From assembly GCF_006345805.1 (NCBI RefSeq), contig NC_042997.1:134912001-134976000 (forward strand): 64,000 nucleotides of DNA, in the 5' to 3' direction. The position numbers and the translations under genes were made by a program. Below the pieces are notes generated by a model that saw nothing but the letters and a program-made list of their open reading frames with translations, did no database searches and was not told the DNA's origin. Positions 38,887 through 53,521 of this stretch are shown here, one piece after another. Position 1 is the stretch's first letter. Each line of letters starts with the position of its first letter. The stretch is from Octopus sinensis (Eukaryota).

Positions 38887-39220
38887 AGAACTCAATGAGA
38901 AAGTTCTAGTAGCTGACGATATGTGTATCTCTGATCTGCTTCGAAACCTACCGTTCTCTAACCTGGTTATACATTCATACTTAAACCAATAATTATTGGT
39001 GCACTTGGTTATGCTGATAAGTGCTTGACCACAATATTCAAAAGCTAGAATTTTCAGGTTAAGGATCGGAGCAGCCAAGATCCACTTTACAATCTATAGT
39101 GGATCACTAAAAGTAAGCATCGTTTCCCTAAAGTTCATTATGTTCAACGATAAATCTACATACATTTGTGTCGAGACGTTCTACCGTTTACAAGAATTTC
39201 AAAAAATTAATTAAACTGGT

Positions 39221-39247
39221 GACGATGACGACGACGATGACGATGAC

Positions 39248-39288
<41 letters not shown>

Positions 39289-39390
39289 CGATGACGATGA
39301 CGATGATGATGACGATGATGATGACGACGACGACGACGACGACGACGATGATGATGATGATGATGATGATGACAACGACGACGACAATGA
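39221..39390. repeat. (GAT)n/(GAC)n trinucleotide microsatellite
   Basis: Directly visible; source of the poly-M/T and poly-I/V ORFs. Confidence 0.95.
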
Positions 39391-40175
39391 ATATGGCTAA
39401 TTCAGTTGAAAAAACTCCACATATTTGATGAATAGAAGCCAAGCTCTCTGCAATCTTCTTTTCAGTATGCTTGCATACAACAAACACATTACACAACTAT
39501 GTGTCTCTGAATACTTTAAGCATCTACTCCTATTCGTAATTCATTGTCACTTTTTCCTTCTTTCTTCTCTGAAACAGTATTACCTCAAGCTTGGAGAGTT
39601 TGCTATTGATATGCAAATTGAATCGGATTTTTATATTTGGCCTATCGTTCCTCTTTCCAGTTTATTTGCAAATTGATTTACAAATTCTCTATCCGGAAGT
39701 AACACAAATTAATACAAAAACATAATTTGTTTGAAGCATGGAGTACTCATGTTAAAGCATTTGTAATATACTTTTAAAATAAGGCACAAAATGGAACTTT
39801 CTTAAGAAATTAAACGTTTTACAGGGAAAACAAAATCAACACAAGGGAATTGTTGCATTCTTTAAAGAAATCGACTTTGAATTGATAAGCTGTTTGACTA
39901 CAACATATCTCAATTCCTTTGTTGTATTACTACAAAGCGTTCCGTTAATACATTATTGATGAGATTTCGTCTGTCGAAACATAGATCTGTAAAAAACATA
40001 AAACTAATAACGATCAAATAAATCAAATTGGTTTTCGCTTTCAATATACATATCTATATATGGCCCTGTGTGTGCGTGCTTGTGTGTGCTCGTGTGTGTG
40101 TGTGTGTGTATGTAAGTACGTATTTATATACGCGTGTGATTGCGTGCGTGTGCGTTGATAGATAGATAGATAGTT

Positions 40176-40218
<43 letters not shown>

Positions 40219-40257
40219 AATAGTCATACAGACAGACATATAGACAGATAGACAGAC

Positions 40258-40288
<31 letters not shown>

Positions 40289-40307
40289 GACAGAGACAGG
40301 CAGATAA

Positions 40308-40340
<33 letters not shown>

Positions 40341-40361
40341 AAGACAGACAGACAGACATAC

Positions 40362-40417
<56 letters not shown>

Positions 40418-40418
40418 T

Positions 40419-40540
<122 letters not shown>

Positions 40541-40967
40541 CTCATGAATTTTTCGTCAGAGAAAATATCTATCATCATTTAATTGGAAAAAATTGCCGAT
40601 AATATTTGTATAGTGAAGATACTACCAGATTGACAAGCAAAATATGTTTGATTACGTTCCTTAAGTTCACATCTCTTTGAAGCTGAATATGATTCTTATC
40701 TCTCTTGAATCTACAAAAAGTGTGTTTAATGTACTGTGTGTGATATTACCGACTGTTTTCGCTTCATAAAAAATAATAGATTGGCGCTGTTGGTAATGTA
40801 CAAAACAAAATTTCTTGCTCTATTTATATGTACTCCTTTCGCTTTCTGATTTCGAATCTGATATTGGTCCAATGTAATATCGTGAACTTCTGTCAGAATT
40901 TTCTGTGGTTAAAATTATTGCTGCGATGTAAATAAGTAAGTAGATAATTCATATAACAAACGTATGT

Positions 40968-41380
40968 TTATCGTTTGTCCGAGAACAGAGCAAGCATTGA
41001 AAGAGAAGAAATCATCGTTGTTGTTGCTGCTGCCGTTGTTATTGCTGTTGTTGTTAAGCAACAAGACGGGTAAGGGTGATTAGGAGATGGTCTAGGGCCA
41101 AGGGGCGGGAGACCCCAGACCTTGGAAAAAAAAACTTTGGTCGTCTTGTAGTCGAGGGCTCTTCGTTGACGCCCTCGAATTCGCTGGAAATGGAGATCTC
41201 CAGGTCCAAATTCTTGAACAGCTGTTGTTGCTGCTGTTGCTGCTGCTGTTGTTGTTGTTGTTGTAGCTGCTACTGTTGTTGCTGTTTTTGTTGTTGTTGT
41301 TGTAGAATCAACGTGCTGGTAAAATCGTTAGTGCGTGAGAATGAATATCCTGCTTTAGGAATTAAGACCAGTATCAGCAT
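40968..41380 (-). other. GC-richer trinucleotide-rich island with long open frames (candidate exon of an unidentified gene)
   Basis: 116-codon open frame from the acceptor-like ttttaccag|CAC (41315) to TAA (40968). An overlapping polyQ frame from ATG 41380 is broken only by one TAG. No homolog recognised. Confidence 0.3.
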
Positions 41381-42408
41381 TACTTTCAAAGAAGAATTCT
41401 CCCGAGAAGTACATAGACAGTTTAATATTCGGATAAGCTGTAATCTAATTCACTCATACTAAATGCACGACTGTCCTGTAAACTAACGAACCATTCCATC
41501 CGAGTTTTTAAATTTCCGATTCTTCAAATGATCTTTGTTTTATTTATAAGCTTTCAAGATTTGATTTTTCTCCTGGAATTCATTTTAATGGCTGAGAAAA
41601 TATCAAAATAATTTAACAAATATCGAATGCTTAAATTTGTTAATGCTTTTAGTTTTAGAATTATATCATTGTATTGTGGAGGTGTAATGACAGCATGACA
41701 TACATATATAATTTGCAGGAGATGCCGTCTCTGCCCCGAAGAATCCTTGTCTATTCTGTGGACTAACGAAAAAATCCTTAATAGATTTTCTGAACGACTC
41801 TCGAGATGCCTATACACATAAATATACTTTCACACAATGGAGAATGAATTTTGAGGAACCGTTAACATAATTTAATTCACTTTAAGGTATCGATAACTTG
41901 AGTTTCCTTTTAACCTCCCCATTCTTAGAAACACCAAGTAGATATCTAACTCGCTTTGTGATCATGAGTGCACCAAACCCTACGTGTGCGTGTGCTCACA
42001 TTTTTGCGGATGCTTGTATGAGCGAGTGTATTCGTGCCATGCAGCTTGCTCGAGGGCTTTTATACATCCATATTTGTTAACGGTTATTTTTAATATCTTC
42101 CTCGCTGGATTGCGTGTTCATGTCACTTTTTACCATCTGTGAATTTATTTTTGATCTTCTATACTGATGAAGATATTTCCTCCATTTGGCTACTTTTCTT
42201 TCTACAAAACGGGAAATTACACTGCGGAACTGTTATTTTAACGAGTTTTATTTATTTGTCACCCGACGAGATGCATCTGTACCACTGGATGGCCTTGGAC
42301 CAGTTGTTGAGTGTCCCACACATGAGGAATCGATGGTAGGTGTGTTGAGACAATTGTCATGATTAAAAATAAATTCTCGTATATTCCATCTTCCGTCTTT
42401 CATTTGCC

Positions 42409-42443
<35 letters not shown>

Positions 42444-42549
42444 ATCCAAAACATGAAAACACAACAACGCGAGGTCGTGGAACAAGTATAGTGTTATTGG
42501 AGGCTCAGAAAAGGAAAGAAAGAAGGAGGATTTACCGTTTCGAGTGGAG

Positions 42550-42601
<52 letters not shown>

Positions 42602-44336
42602 GAATAGTAACCGCGATCCTACGACCGCGAGTCCGCCGCCCTAGCCTCTGGGCCATTACACCTCCACAATACTTTTTTTGCTGATGTATTGTCACAAAGG
42701 AAATGAACTTAGTTGAGAAAATTGAACACTGGAGCTTTACAAAAGTAGTCACAAGTAATATTTTGTTCTGTATCTTTGAGTGTTTAATGAGCGTAAACAT
42801 CTAAAGCTCTCACCACAACTTTCTCTCACACTTTCTTCCTGTTTCTGTATTTCAAAGGGCCAACTTTGTCACACTCATTTCACGCAGAATCTGCTCAAGA
42901 ACTACATTAAGGATATACGTGTGTGTGGAGTGCTCAGCCACTTGCACGTTAATTTAACGAGCAGACTGCTACGTTGATCGGATCAACTGGAACCCTTGTC
43001 GTCGTCACCGACGGAGTGCCACCGACGGAGTGCCACGATATATATATATACGCAGAAGCAAACGCAGAAGCACACATACATATATATTGATGGAGCTTGA
43101 AACAAAACTACAATTATAATGTTGGAATGATTTTGATGAACAACGGTTTGTTTATTTATTTTATATTGTAGTAAGTAAAAAAAGTGTCATTGGTTTCCAG
43201 CAGTCCAATCACTGGTTCACTGCATTCCAGACAGCGAGAATGATAAGGGAATATCTATAATTAGATACGGAGCAAAATATTAGCTGTGACTACTTTTGTA
43301 AAGCTCTAGCTTTCAATTTTCTCAACAAAGTTTATTTCCTTTGTGACTATACACCAGCAAAAGTATTCGCCGATACATCATCCCCAGGCACACACATGCA
43401 CAAATTTATTAACCGCGAAACCGTGACTGCGACATGGTTTTCCACAAGGTCAATCTTGATCGAGCAGACCTATGATTAAAGACGTTCCAGTCATGTCCAT
43501 TACACCTTTTCGTTATGACTACATTATCTGTTATGTTCGATTTTTAAGGTGTTATGGAGTAATACGAATAAATGTGATTGATATTTCTAGTGGGGCGATT
43601 AACCAAGTGGAGGTTTCCTTATTTGCTCATTACTAAACTGAATTGTGCTGCCAATTAATGAAAACAAAACAAATAGCAACAATATAAGCCAGAAGGCTAC
43701 GATATTCGATAATATATATCATGATGCACGTCCTGTCAAAAACACATTTTATGGTAAGAATGCTGAAATTTCTAAAGAAAGAGTTGGACTAATAAAATAG
43801 CATCCACAAACAAATTTAAATAAATATAAATTGTCGAGTTGAAATACAAACAAGGGAATTGTCAAATACAATTTATCTAATTACCAAAACAAAAAAACTT
43901 CTTATTTAAGAGAAATCTCAAATGTTTTCAAAACAAACACGAATCAATATAAGTGAATGAAAAATGAGTTATAATATTGATTGCAGTACTGTCTATCTAA
44001 TTAGCTATTGGCAAATTTCTAAGTGTTTGCATTTCGTGGCATTTTTTTCTATTTTATACTTCAATCATGTGCAGTCACATATGTTAGGGGCAAAGGTATA
44101 AAGGGAAAAATACTAAAAAAACAAAAACACAAAGAAATAAAATATTCTGCGACTAAGATTAGATATAGAAATGAGTTCAGCTGTACGGTTCATGATGTGA
44201 TTTGCTTTTGCATATGTTGTAATATTACACTTGTTCATTTGTTCATAAATATGTATCCACACGCACACACACACATACTCAGGTGACTATATAGACATAC
44301 GAACGTATATATGTGAATAATATTTATATATATATG

Positions 44337-44367
<31 letters not shown>

Positions 44368-44383
44368 GTAGATGTATATATAT

Positions 44384-44469
<86 letters not shown>

Positions 44470-44482
44470 TATATATATATAA

Positions 44483-44523
<41 letters not shown>

Positions 44524-44679
44524 AACACACACATACACAATCCGCCAAGAAAATGTATACCCACTCAATGAAAGGAAGAATGTGTATACGTATTTAACTT
44601 GTATAAGTACGTCTATGAATAAGTTGTTGTCGTTACTAGCTATGGTGCTCATTAAGCCCTTACTCGCTTAAGACAGCAG

Positions 44680-45828
44680 CGATAAATAACAACTCGGCTG
44701 CCTTGCGGTAACACCCATTTTGTGGAAAGGCTTCGGGAGTAAACCCAGAGTATAAATCATGAGCCGGAGTCCCTCAGGCAGTTCGATGTTGCAAACAACC
44801 TCGTACTGGAAACTCCTGCGACCCAATTGGTGCCAAGTCCTACTGGCCCCTGCCCTTCCTTGAATAACACTGGTGGTGCCGATCGCCCACGAAAAACTGT
44901 CTAGGTCTGCGCTCTGGAGATGACACTCCAGCGCCGTGTAACTGCGGCAGCAAAACACGGAAAGCAGCAGTGTACCGGTTTTAGGCTTGCACATAATTGG
45001 AGTAAGAGCAAAGCACCAGGGGCTGCTTTCGACAGAGAGAAAGGCCATTATAGCTCACTGGACAGATACCGCCTGCCTCAAGCTGGGCAGCTCCAACCAG
45101 TTAGGTGCTGACTCGTGACAGCCTACCTGCTTCACTGGGTGCCTGGAGTTTAGGGAAACTAACATCCCGAATCGTGAGCTGTAAATATTGCACCAAGAAA
45201 AATGAACAAACAAGCAAGTCATGCAAAATATCAGCATTCAGATTTGGATGTTGGAACATAAAGACCATGACAACTCGTCTGTCAGAAGACCTTAAAAAAC
45301 ACCAGGACAGAAGATAAAAACACCAAGACAGACAACTGGTCTGTCAGAAGACCTTAAAAACTACACAAGACAGTAGTGATCAACGATGAACTGTTTCGAC
45401 TCCGAGTGGACATTACAGCATTCCAGGAAACGAGACTCCCAGACTTGGCGACCCTTCATGAAAGAGATTATTCATTTTTCTGGCAAGGAAAAGGCACAGA
45501 TGAAGTCAGAGAGCATGGTGTCGGCTTTACTGTAAAGAGGTCTCTGCTAAAGTTGGTAGAACTCAACAGTGATGGTTCAGAGCAGATACTCTCACTTCGA
45601 TTACACATTTCTGATAGGGCTATCAACCTTAGTGCCTATGCTTCAACCCTCTTTTCTTCACAAGAGACCAAGGATAAGTTTTATCATCAGCTCTCTAGGA
45701 AATTACAGGCAATCTCAAATGAAGAAGAGCTGATGCTACTTGGTTACTTCAACGCCAGAGTGGGAGCTGATTACGACTACAGGCCGGGATGTCTGGGTCG
45801 GTATGGAGCTGACAACATGAACGAAAAT
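44680..45828 (+). mobile_element. RTE-clade LINE, 5' portion only (5'UTR + degenerate AP-endonuclease domain)
   Basis: Reads FGCWNIKTM...DITAFQETRL...FFWQG...HGVGF...ILSLRL...SAYA.TL...KDKFY..L...LLG(D>Y)FNARVG, the APE motifs of RTE ORFs. Breaks off after MNEN. Confidence 0.85.
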
Positions 45829-48800
45829 ATTAACAATTTTTTAAATATTTTTTTTACCGAAAATGCTCCTCCCATGGTTTTGAAGTGCAAAAAACAAATT
45901 GACCAAAGTTGGTCCAGGGTCGGATAATAAGGTAGGGGATGTCCAAAGAAATTTTAAAACTTTTTTCATAAAAAGATGTTCCCCATCCACATAACATCCA
46001 CATAACATCTATTTTTAAATAAAGTGACAAATCCCCGTCAAACCGGAGTAGTTCCAACGTATTTGATCTTTCTGATCTGAAACTCCGTTTTGCGAAATTC
46101 CTCTCCCCACCTCTCGGAAAAACTTTTCCTTACAAATTTCTTTATAATCGTAATGTATGCCGTTTGAAAGGTATTTGTATAAAATTTCATAAAGGGAAAT
46201 TCATTTTCTTGAAAGTTATGAGGGAAAAAACTCGGATCAGGTGAATTTTCCGAAACTCCTCTCCCTACACCCACGAAAAAATTCCTTCCCACAAATCCCT
46301 ATATGCTCTGAACCCACATCAGCTCAGTGGTACTTGTTGAAAAAAAATTCGTTCAAAAGTATCTATTTTTCTGGAAGTTATGAGGCAACATAGTCAGTGA
46401 GGGTTAACATCTGTAGTCATACCAATTTTGTTTTTGTGCTTGCTTGCGAGCGTGCTTGTCTGTAATTTAATGCAACCGAACCGGCGCATAGTGGGAAAAT
46501 ACTCTAAAAGTAATGTACACCTGAAATGTGAATACAAACGGAATAAAACAAATTTTCGTGTAAATCGGACCACGGATTCCCGATATAGGCGGGTTTTTTT
46601 GGGTTACCTTCATAAATAGCCAAAACGGTGCAAAATGGGAAAATACACTGAAAGTAACGTAACCTTGAAATGGGAAAACTGTCTCCATTAATTTTATGCT
46701 TACGTTATATAACAGTCTTTTTTTTTTCATTTTTGTAGAAGAGTGGACATACGCCATAAATAAATGATTTTACTGGAAATCAAGTTTATTCTGGAAGTTC
46801 TATTGTTATTAGATGCTGCAAATAATCGATAAAACCTTACACATGAACTTGGAAATCAGACCTATTATAAAACGAACGAATTGAAATATTTACATGAATC
46901 ATCATAAAATTAGCTTTCATTTCAATACAATGTTGAAATCAGCCTCAATGTTTTATAACCTGAACCGTCAGTGATCCAACGGATCATGGGTAGTCTAGTC
47001 TCCCCTATTTGTAAGAGGTATTGATAAAAAAAAATGCACCTCAATTAAGTAAACAGTAATTGTGCGTGTGTAAGGAGAAAAGTAGATACTTCAAATATAG
47101 CTATCTTACTGATATTATAATTGTTATTTAGATACAACTAAATCCTGATCCAGCAGATTTAAGATGAACGCATTTTGATCGTAGATTTTCTGGAAATAGC
47201 CCTCTCATTTGAGTTATTTTTACAAACATAATATAAGGCTCCATATACAAAGTGACATTCTTTCTTTCCAGAGAAACGATGAGATATGTGGGAAATTTGA
47301 CTATTTTGACAGGTCGATCAATCAATTAAAATCAAGGATTAAGCACTTTTGTTTGCATGTCATATCGGAACTATTGAGTAATCACATCATTTATTAGAAG
47401 TTTCCAACAAGGTAGGCATTGGTTCACAGAATTACTCTGTGACGGCTGCATTAAATAAAGAAATTAGTTACTCAAAGCAGTGGTTTTGTTTTACTGTTGA
47501 TGCACATTGACGAATGATATGAATGCGCGCGCGCACACACACACTCACACACTCACACACACATACACACACACACAAGTAAGTCATGTTTTCGCTGTTT
47601 GAAGCCGGCAAATTCTAATCAAAATGTACAAAGCAACTCTAGTTAAAGCCAATGTGCGATTGTTTAGAACCGGAGACCTCAAGGTTACGAAACGAAATTC
47701 TAAATCACAATGGCATATCTGCGTCTGATGTTCAGTAGTGACCAGTAATTTTGATATATATTCAAAAAGATTTATAGATACATTTTTAGCTGTCATGTTA
47801 CTAGCATATTTTACTAATCAAAATTCTACTCTAAATAACGATGCAATCAAATGCATTAATATATCAAAGACGCAGTGAAGAATATCAGTAAAACGAATGT
47901 TTTAACAGATACATTGTCTGTGATTAAAAATCAGAATGGCCACGACTTGAACGGTTTTGATCTTACATTTGCCACACAAGTTGATGAGAGTCTCAACAGC
48001 GGCTAGCTCCCTCTAAAATGTTACTGCTCTATGGCTCGAAGTAAACACGAAGAAATTTATCTGAGGTAAAAGTTTATAGACTGATGTAGAAAAGAGATTA
48101 ACACCTACTTAGATAAACTAACAATCTTCTAAGACATGAGCAAAATCTGGATCGGAGGTTGAATATGGTCATGCATTTCTTCTATCTTTCTTTCTTTCTT
48201 TCTTTTTCCTTTCTTTCTTCCTTTCCTTCTTTCTTCTTTTCTTTCTTTTTCCTATCTTTCTTTCTTTCTTTATTCCTTTCCTTCTTTCTTGTATGTCAAG
48301 CTTATATAAATATTATTATTTTCCTTCTTCCTCCCATCCAGTAATGTTTTGCCGTGATCATTATTTTAATGATCTGCTTTAAATACTAAATGTGGAATAT
48401 TCTTTATTAAATACGATGTGTCATTAATTATCAATTTAGAGGTGCAGTTCGATTTATTATGAACGACAACTCGCTAGTTCTGCTGCTAAAAAGCGAGCTG
48501 ATGCATCTCTGATATAAGGCACACATACCTTATTTCTCCAGATATTTCTGTATTGGGAAAATTTGTTGCTTTTATTTTTGCTGGAAGTCTGAAAAAATCA
48601 TTCGACTGGCGATGGAATCCAGTACAGCAGCTTACTGAAAATCTGCACAAGAACTTTTGACATATTTTTTCAGGCGTCTTCGGTTCTCTTTTTATATTTT
48701 TATTTATTTTACAAGTTATGTTTAATTGTTGGCTTGTTTACCGAGGCATTGAATTTTTGACTTCATGGTGATTACTGGAAGCGCCCTAAGCTTTAAAACG

Positions 48801-49426
48801 ATGGATAACTCAGCAGGTTTTAGAACGTACCACATATCTGTATTACTGTCTCTTCATTTCCAAAGGCAAAGAGTTTTCTGTGAGCTGGTGAGGAGAAACA
48901 AATTTTCAAACATTTCCTAGGCATTTTCTTATAGGAATGGTACATGAAGAGAGGGATATACTTTGCAGACGTGTGCTTGCATGTACATTTCTTATGAGAT
49001 ATTCTGCATAATTCCTTCTGTAGCTTCTAACAAAGAACTTTGTTCAACCATCATGAGTTGTAGTATTCCTAAAGATCGAATTTGAAAGATACGGAAAAAA
49101 TTTTCTCTCACTTCAAAATATTACATATTTACTGAATTTTATATTGAATTTCATGTATTAAATTAGTATTTTAATTATGAATTCGAAATTATTCACTAAT
49201 TATATTCAATATATATATTTATAGATTTATTCAGGTAAGTTATTGCCTACTTTACCAGTCAAAAGGTCATGCGTTTGTTAAATATTCTCACTAGTAGATA
49301 ATTTGATACGTAAATGTATACAAAAACGTCACACAGGCAAACACACACACAGAGACACACACATATCTGCGTATTGTAATTAATGTTTGTATTAGCATAT
49401 GTATGAATATATATATATATATATTC

Positions 49427-49457
<31 letters not shown>

Positions 49458-49459
49458 CA

Positions 49460-49492
<33 letters not shown>

Positions 49493-50255
49493 CGTAGAAA
49501 TTATGTTAAACTAGCATATGTCCAAATTTGGCCAAATGCGTTTTCTTTTCAATATTGAGTTTTGCTTGCAATAGCCGATTCTTTTGGTCAAGCTATCGTA
49601 TCTCCAGCTGCTTCCTATGCCAAGATATCAAAAATTGTCAAATTGTAGTATAACGGTTTTGTTATGGAATGTTGAAACTATTTTTCGTTTTCTGAAGAAG
49701 CAACGTTTTGGACTTACGTCACTTTTAGCAACGATATATATAAATATAGTATCTTCGTTTGTCTTAATAACTGACGATATGCCGGAGTAGATTTCCACCC
49801 CGACATCCGAAACTTGGAGTTTTATTATGGCAACTGAATAATCGTCATATATTATATTACAGAAAAATACCTCAACGTAATATCGGGGTCTCATTCATTC
49901 TTTTGTTGTTAAACTATTACTATTAACAATATATATAAATATATATATATGTGTATATATAAGTATGTATGTATGTATGTATGTATGTATGTATGTATCT
50001 TTGTGTTTGTGCCTGAGTCTACGCTTATGTTTTTATGTTTCGTCTATTCAAAATGAATGGAGTTGACCATAACAGCTGTTTATCGACCGATACCAGATAC
50101 GCCGTATTACTTGGCGTGTAAGACGCATCCTCTTCACAATAGCAAAAACCTATCCTGCCTATAAAGTGTCTTTGTAACTGTAAATACTCCAATTTCGATA
50201 TGGAGTGTTGTAGGCGCAAAATGTTTACTTCTTTAATCTGGTGATTAATAATATA

Positions 50256-50765
50256 CCGTAAATCCTCGAGTATAGCCCGCCCTTGAGTATAATACGCAGG
50301 GGATGTTTAGGAGACTGTACCTCTGTAAAACTTAAACCTTGTGTATAATACGCACCTCTTCTCTAACTTGAGTCAAGGAGGTCTATATAACGTCCTTGGT
50401 TCGTAAAACGTTATACGGTAACGTCTTTGTTATTATTGTATATGTAGCATAATGCAAATGTGTAGCTTTTTTGTGCATTTTGTTTGCAGAAAATAAAGAA
50501 ATAACAGTAATAACGTTTAATAAATGTTGCTTGCTGCAAGTTATGGATGATTCTTTTATGACTTCATTGCTTTCAGGCTTAGCTTAAGGTATTTTCGCGC
50601 CCGACATCACAAAATGCGTCTGAATAAACATTGCCGGACAGCAAATAGAGACTCGGTCAATGTTTAGAAAATATTTTTCATTTTTAACCTCGTATATAGT
50701 ACGCACTAGGGATTTTGACCTTTAAAGTTTGGGGGAAAATGCGGATTATACTCGAGGATTTACGG
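50256..50765. mobile_element. Tc1/mariner-superfamily (pogo/Tigger-like) MITE
   Basis: TIR ccgtaaatcctcgagtata perfect at both ends; TA flanks at 50254-55 and 50766-67. Confidence 0.88.
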
Positions 50766-50902
50766 TAGTAAAATTGTGTTTCAAGAATGTAACTAGCAAT
50801 ACAATTCTTACAAAGTAATATATTAAATTATCGCAATCTGTTTGCACGTACATATAGATGTTTCAAAACCTGTCTAATAGCTTGTGATATATTGGAAGTT
50901 AG

Positions 50903-51218
50903 TGAAGGCGCATGGATTAGTGGTTTGTGTATTCGGCTCAAGGTCGTGAGGCCATGAGGCCGAAACCCGGCTACGCGTTGTATCCGTAAGCAAGACTCTT
51001 TATTTCAGGCTGCTCTAGTTCTCTCAGGTGGTAATAATGAGTAGTACCTGTAGTCCAAAAGACCAACCTTGTAACATTCTGTCACGCTGCATCTCCCTGA
51101 GAGCCACTTTAAACTGCTCAGCAACTTGCACGTTAATATCACAAGCTGGCTGTTCCGTTGATCGGATCAAATAGAACACTCGTTTTCGTAAGCGACAGAG
51201 TACCAGTTACATAGTAGC
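50903..51218 (+). mobile_element. tRNA-head SINE related to families D/E
   Basis: Head gaaggcgcatggattagtgg; 3' half shared with 42806-43037; 14-bp TSD atattggaagttag at 50889-50902 and 51219-51232. Confidence 0.78.
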
Positions 51219-51994
51219 ATATTGGAAGTTAGAGACAGAGGGCATGCCAATTCATCTGTATCACCTTCCACAGCATAATTAACCAAACCTAGCTTTGTGT
51301 TAGATCGTTTATCGATAACGTTGCCCTTAACAAACATCGTTTTATTATCTACTGTTAAATAATAATTAAAAAAACTCCAACAATAATGAAATATTGACAA
51401 CTTCCACTGCCAGACAGCACCTTTACAGATGGCTGAAGACAAAGCAAGTTGATGGCAGAGCATTGCAACAGAAAAATATACGTTTTGCATCCTTTTAGTA
51501 AGTTTTTCACTAAAATATAAAGAATCAATACGGTTACAGCAATTAGATGTAGAAGTGGGTTATGTTTTTTCCCATTTAATATTACAGAAAATATCTTTCA
51601 TACTTGAATCTCATTGCTCAAAAGTAATACAAGTACTACTATCACAAAAGATTTAACATACAGTAAAGTACACAGTAATAGAGTTATTGTACAGTGCTTT
51701 GGTCTAAAGCCAAATGATAAAACTGAAAAAACATAGAGGAAGTAAGAAGATCAGCTGATAGCTGCTTGAGTTAGTAAACTCTGCAGGAGAATTGCCATAT
51801 GGCCATAGACAGAATAATTAAAACATATGAGAGTGGACGGTGTCTAATATTGGATCTTGAATGCATTAACGGTTAGTTCTATATAATTCTTTTTAATACC
51901 GTCTGAATGTGCTGCACACACCCACGTATACTCACACATACACCCACGCATGGTATCTCTCTATATATGTATGTATGTATGCATGTATGTATCA

Positions 51995-52054
<60 letters not shown>

Positions 52055-52775
52055 TTATACATATATATGTGTGTGTATGTATATGTGTGTATGCATATAT
52101 GTATATGAGTGTATATAGATGTATGTGGGTATATGTATACACACACACACACATATATATATACATATATATACATATATATGTATACACATACACCTAG
52201 CACATACACCTAACACCACTTAATAAAGCGAAACCTTGTAAGCAGACAGATTAAGAGTGAGAGATTTTCTCAGTTAAAAGTTGAATGGTGGTGGTGGTGG
52301 TGGTGTGGTTTTGGTGGTGGAATTATCCGAACAACCTTGTATCATACAACTTAGTTGAAACATCTCTTCTATGAAGTCGTCGATATGAAAACAACCAGCG
52401 ATATCATTCAACAGAGAATCATGTATTATCAAGGCGATATCATTAAAAATAATTACTCGGAATCAATTATAGAGCACTCGAAAATTAACTGCCGACAGAT
52501 GAGTACCTGCCATTGACGGTTGCACATTTCTTCTCAAAATAAAAGTCTCCAGCCTACTAGCAATTAGAACGTCCCTGGTCTGCTGCACATTCAACCATTA
52601 GCGAAGTCTTGATCTACAAGAATCAGTTTAGTCAGTGATCTGCCAATACGCTGCTTCAATTACCAAGTATTACTGATCGAACACACATGTACAATCACGT
52701 ATACTATATATATTTAATGTGTCTATTACAGACACAGACACACAGACACCCCCCCCACACACATATATATATATA

Positions 52776-53291
52776 TACATATAAAGGGATGACCTATAAG
52801 TGGACATCCGTTATGCTAGAAGAAGATCCCTATGGTCTTACCACTAAGAAAGGAATGTTCTCAAGAAAATTTAGCAAACATATTCTCTAACAGGCAATAT
52901 TCACTGCAGAGAAATATTTTCTGCAGAAATATTTCCTGTAGTTTGGCGCGCCAGAACGAAGACTTTTGAAAAGTGACCCCAATTGTAATTGGTAGAACTG
53001 TATACATATTCAATCTCATGCGGACGTTCCGTGTATAGTTCTTCAAATTATATTTGCAAAGACGATCACACTGACGAGTTGCGGAGAATTACATAAATGA
53101 TTTCGAAAGCATTAACAACGAAATCTGGTTTTGATTAATCTATATTTTGTATCTTTTCATTTGTCTTACTCGCTTACGTTCTGGTGTTTGCTAAATTTTC
53201 TTGAGAACATTTCTTTTTTAGTGGTAAGACCATAGCAGATCTTCTTCTAGCATAATTGATGTCCACTTACAGGTCATTCCTTTTATATGTA
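52776..53291. mobile_element. Non-autonomous DNA element with ~100-bp TIRs
   Basis: 52776-52880 vs 53185-53291 about 90% identical in inverted orientation; TA-rich flanks, TSD unclear. Confidence 0.72.
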
Positions 53292-53521
53292 TGTAATATA
53301 ATTTTTTTCTGAAAATTCAGATTTTTAAATATGCTTGACCACTGGATCAGAAAATGGAGAAATCCTCAGATTAATAAACACATCGATTGGACCATTTATA
53401 GCTTACTTTTTAATACAAAGCATGACATAATGCCAAAATGCTGTCTATAAATAAATGTGACAATAATAGGATCTATATACCTTTAATGACTATGTAATGC
53501 TTATTAAGCATATTTAGTATA

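Noticed and set aside
39058-39112. + strand cag|...|gtaagc 55-nt exon-like segment
   Set aside because: Isolated, no recognisable protein and no partner exons; such matches are expected by chance in 64 kb.
41076-41462. 128-aa + strand ORF with a poly-Cys run (metallothionein-like appearance)
   Set aside because: The Cys run is the antisense of a CAA/CAG/ACA repeat; it has no metallothionein Cys-x-Cys spacing and starts at a non-ATG codon.
41554-41817. VHRIDKDSSG resembles the RluA/RPUSD pseudouridine-synthase motif (HRLD..TSG) and the TBC-domain HRIDKD
   Set aside because: Flanking residues fit neither family (no hydrophobic LLL.AK after SG, no V.RCDR), and no other exons of such genes were seen. 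An exon of unknown identity cannot be excluded.
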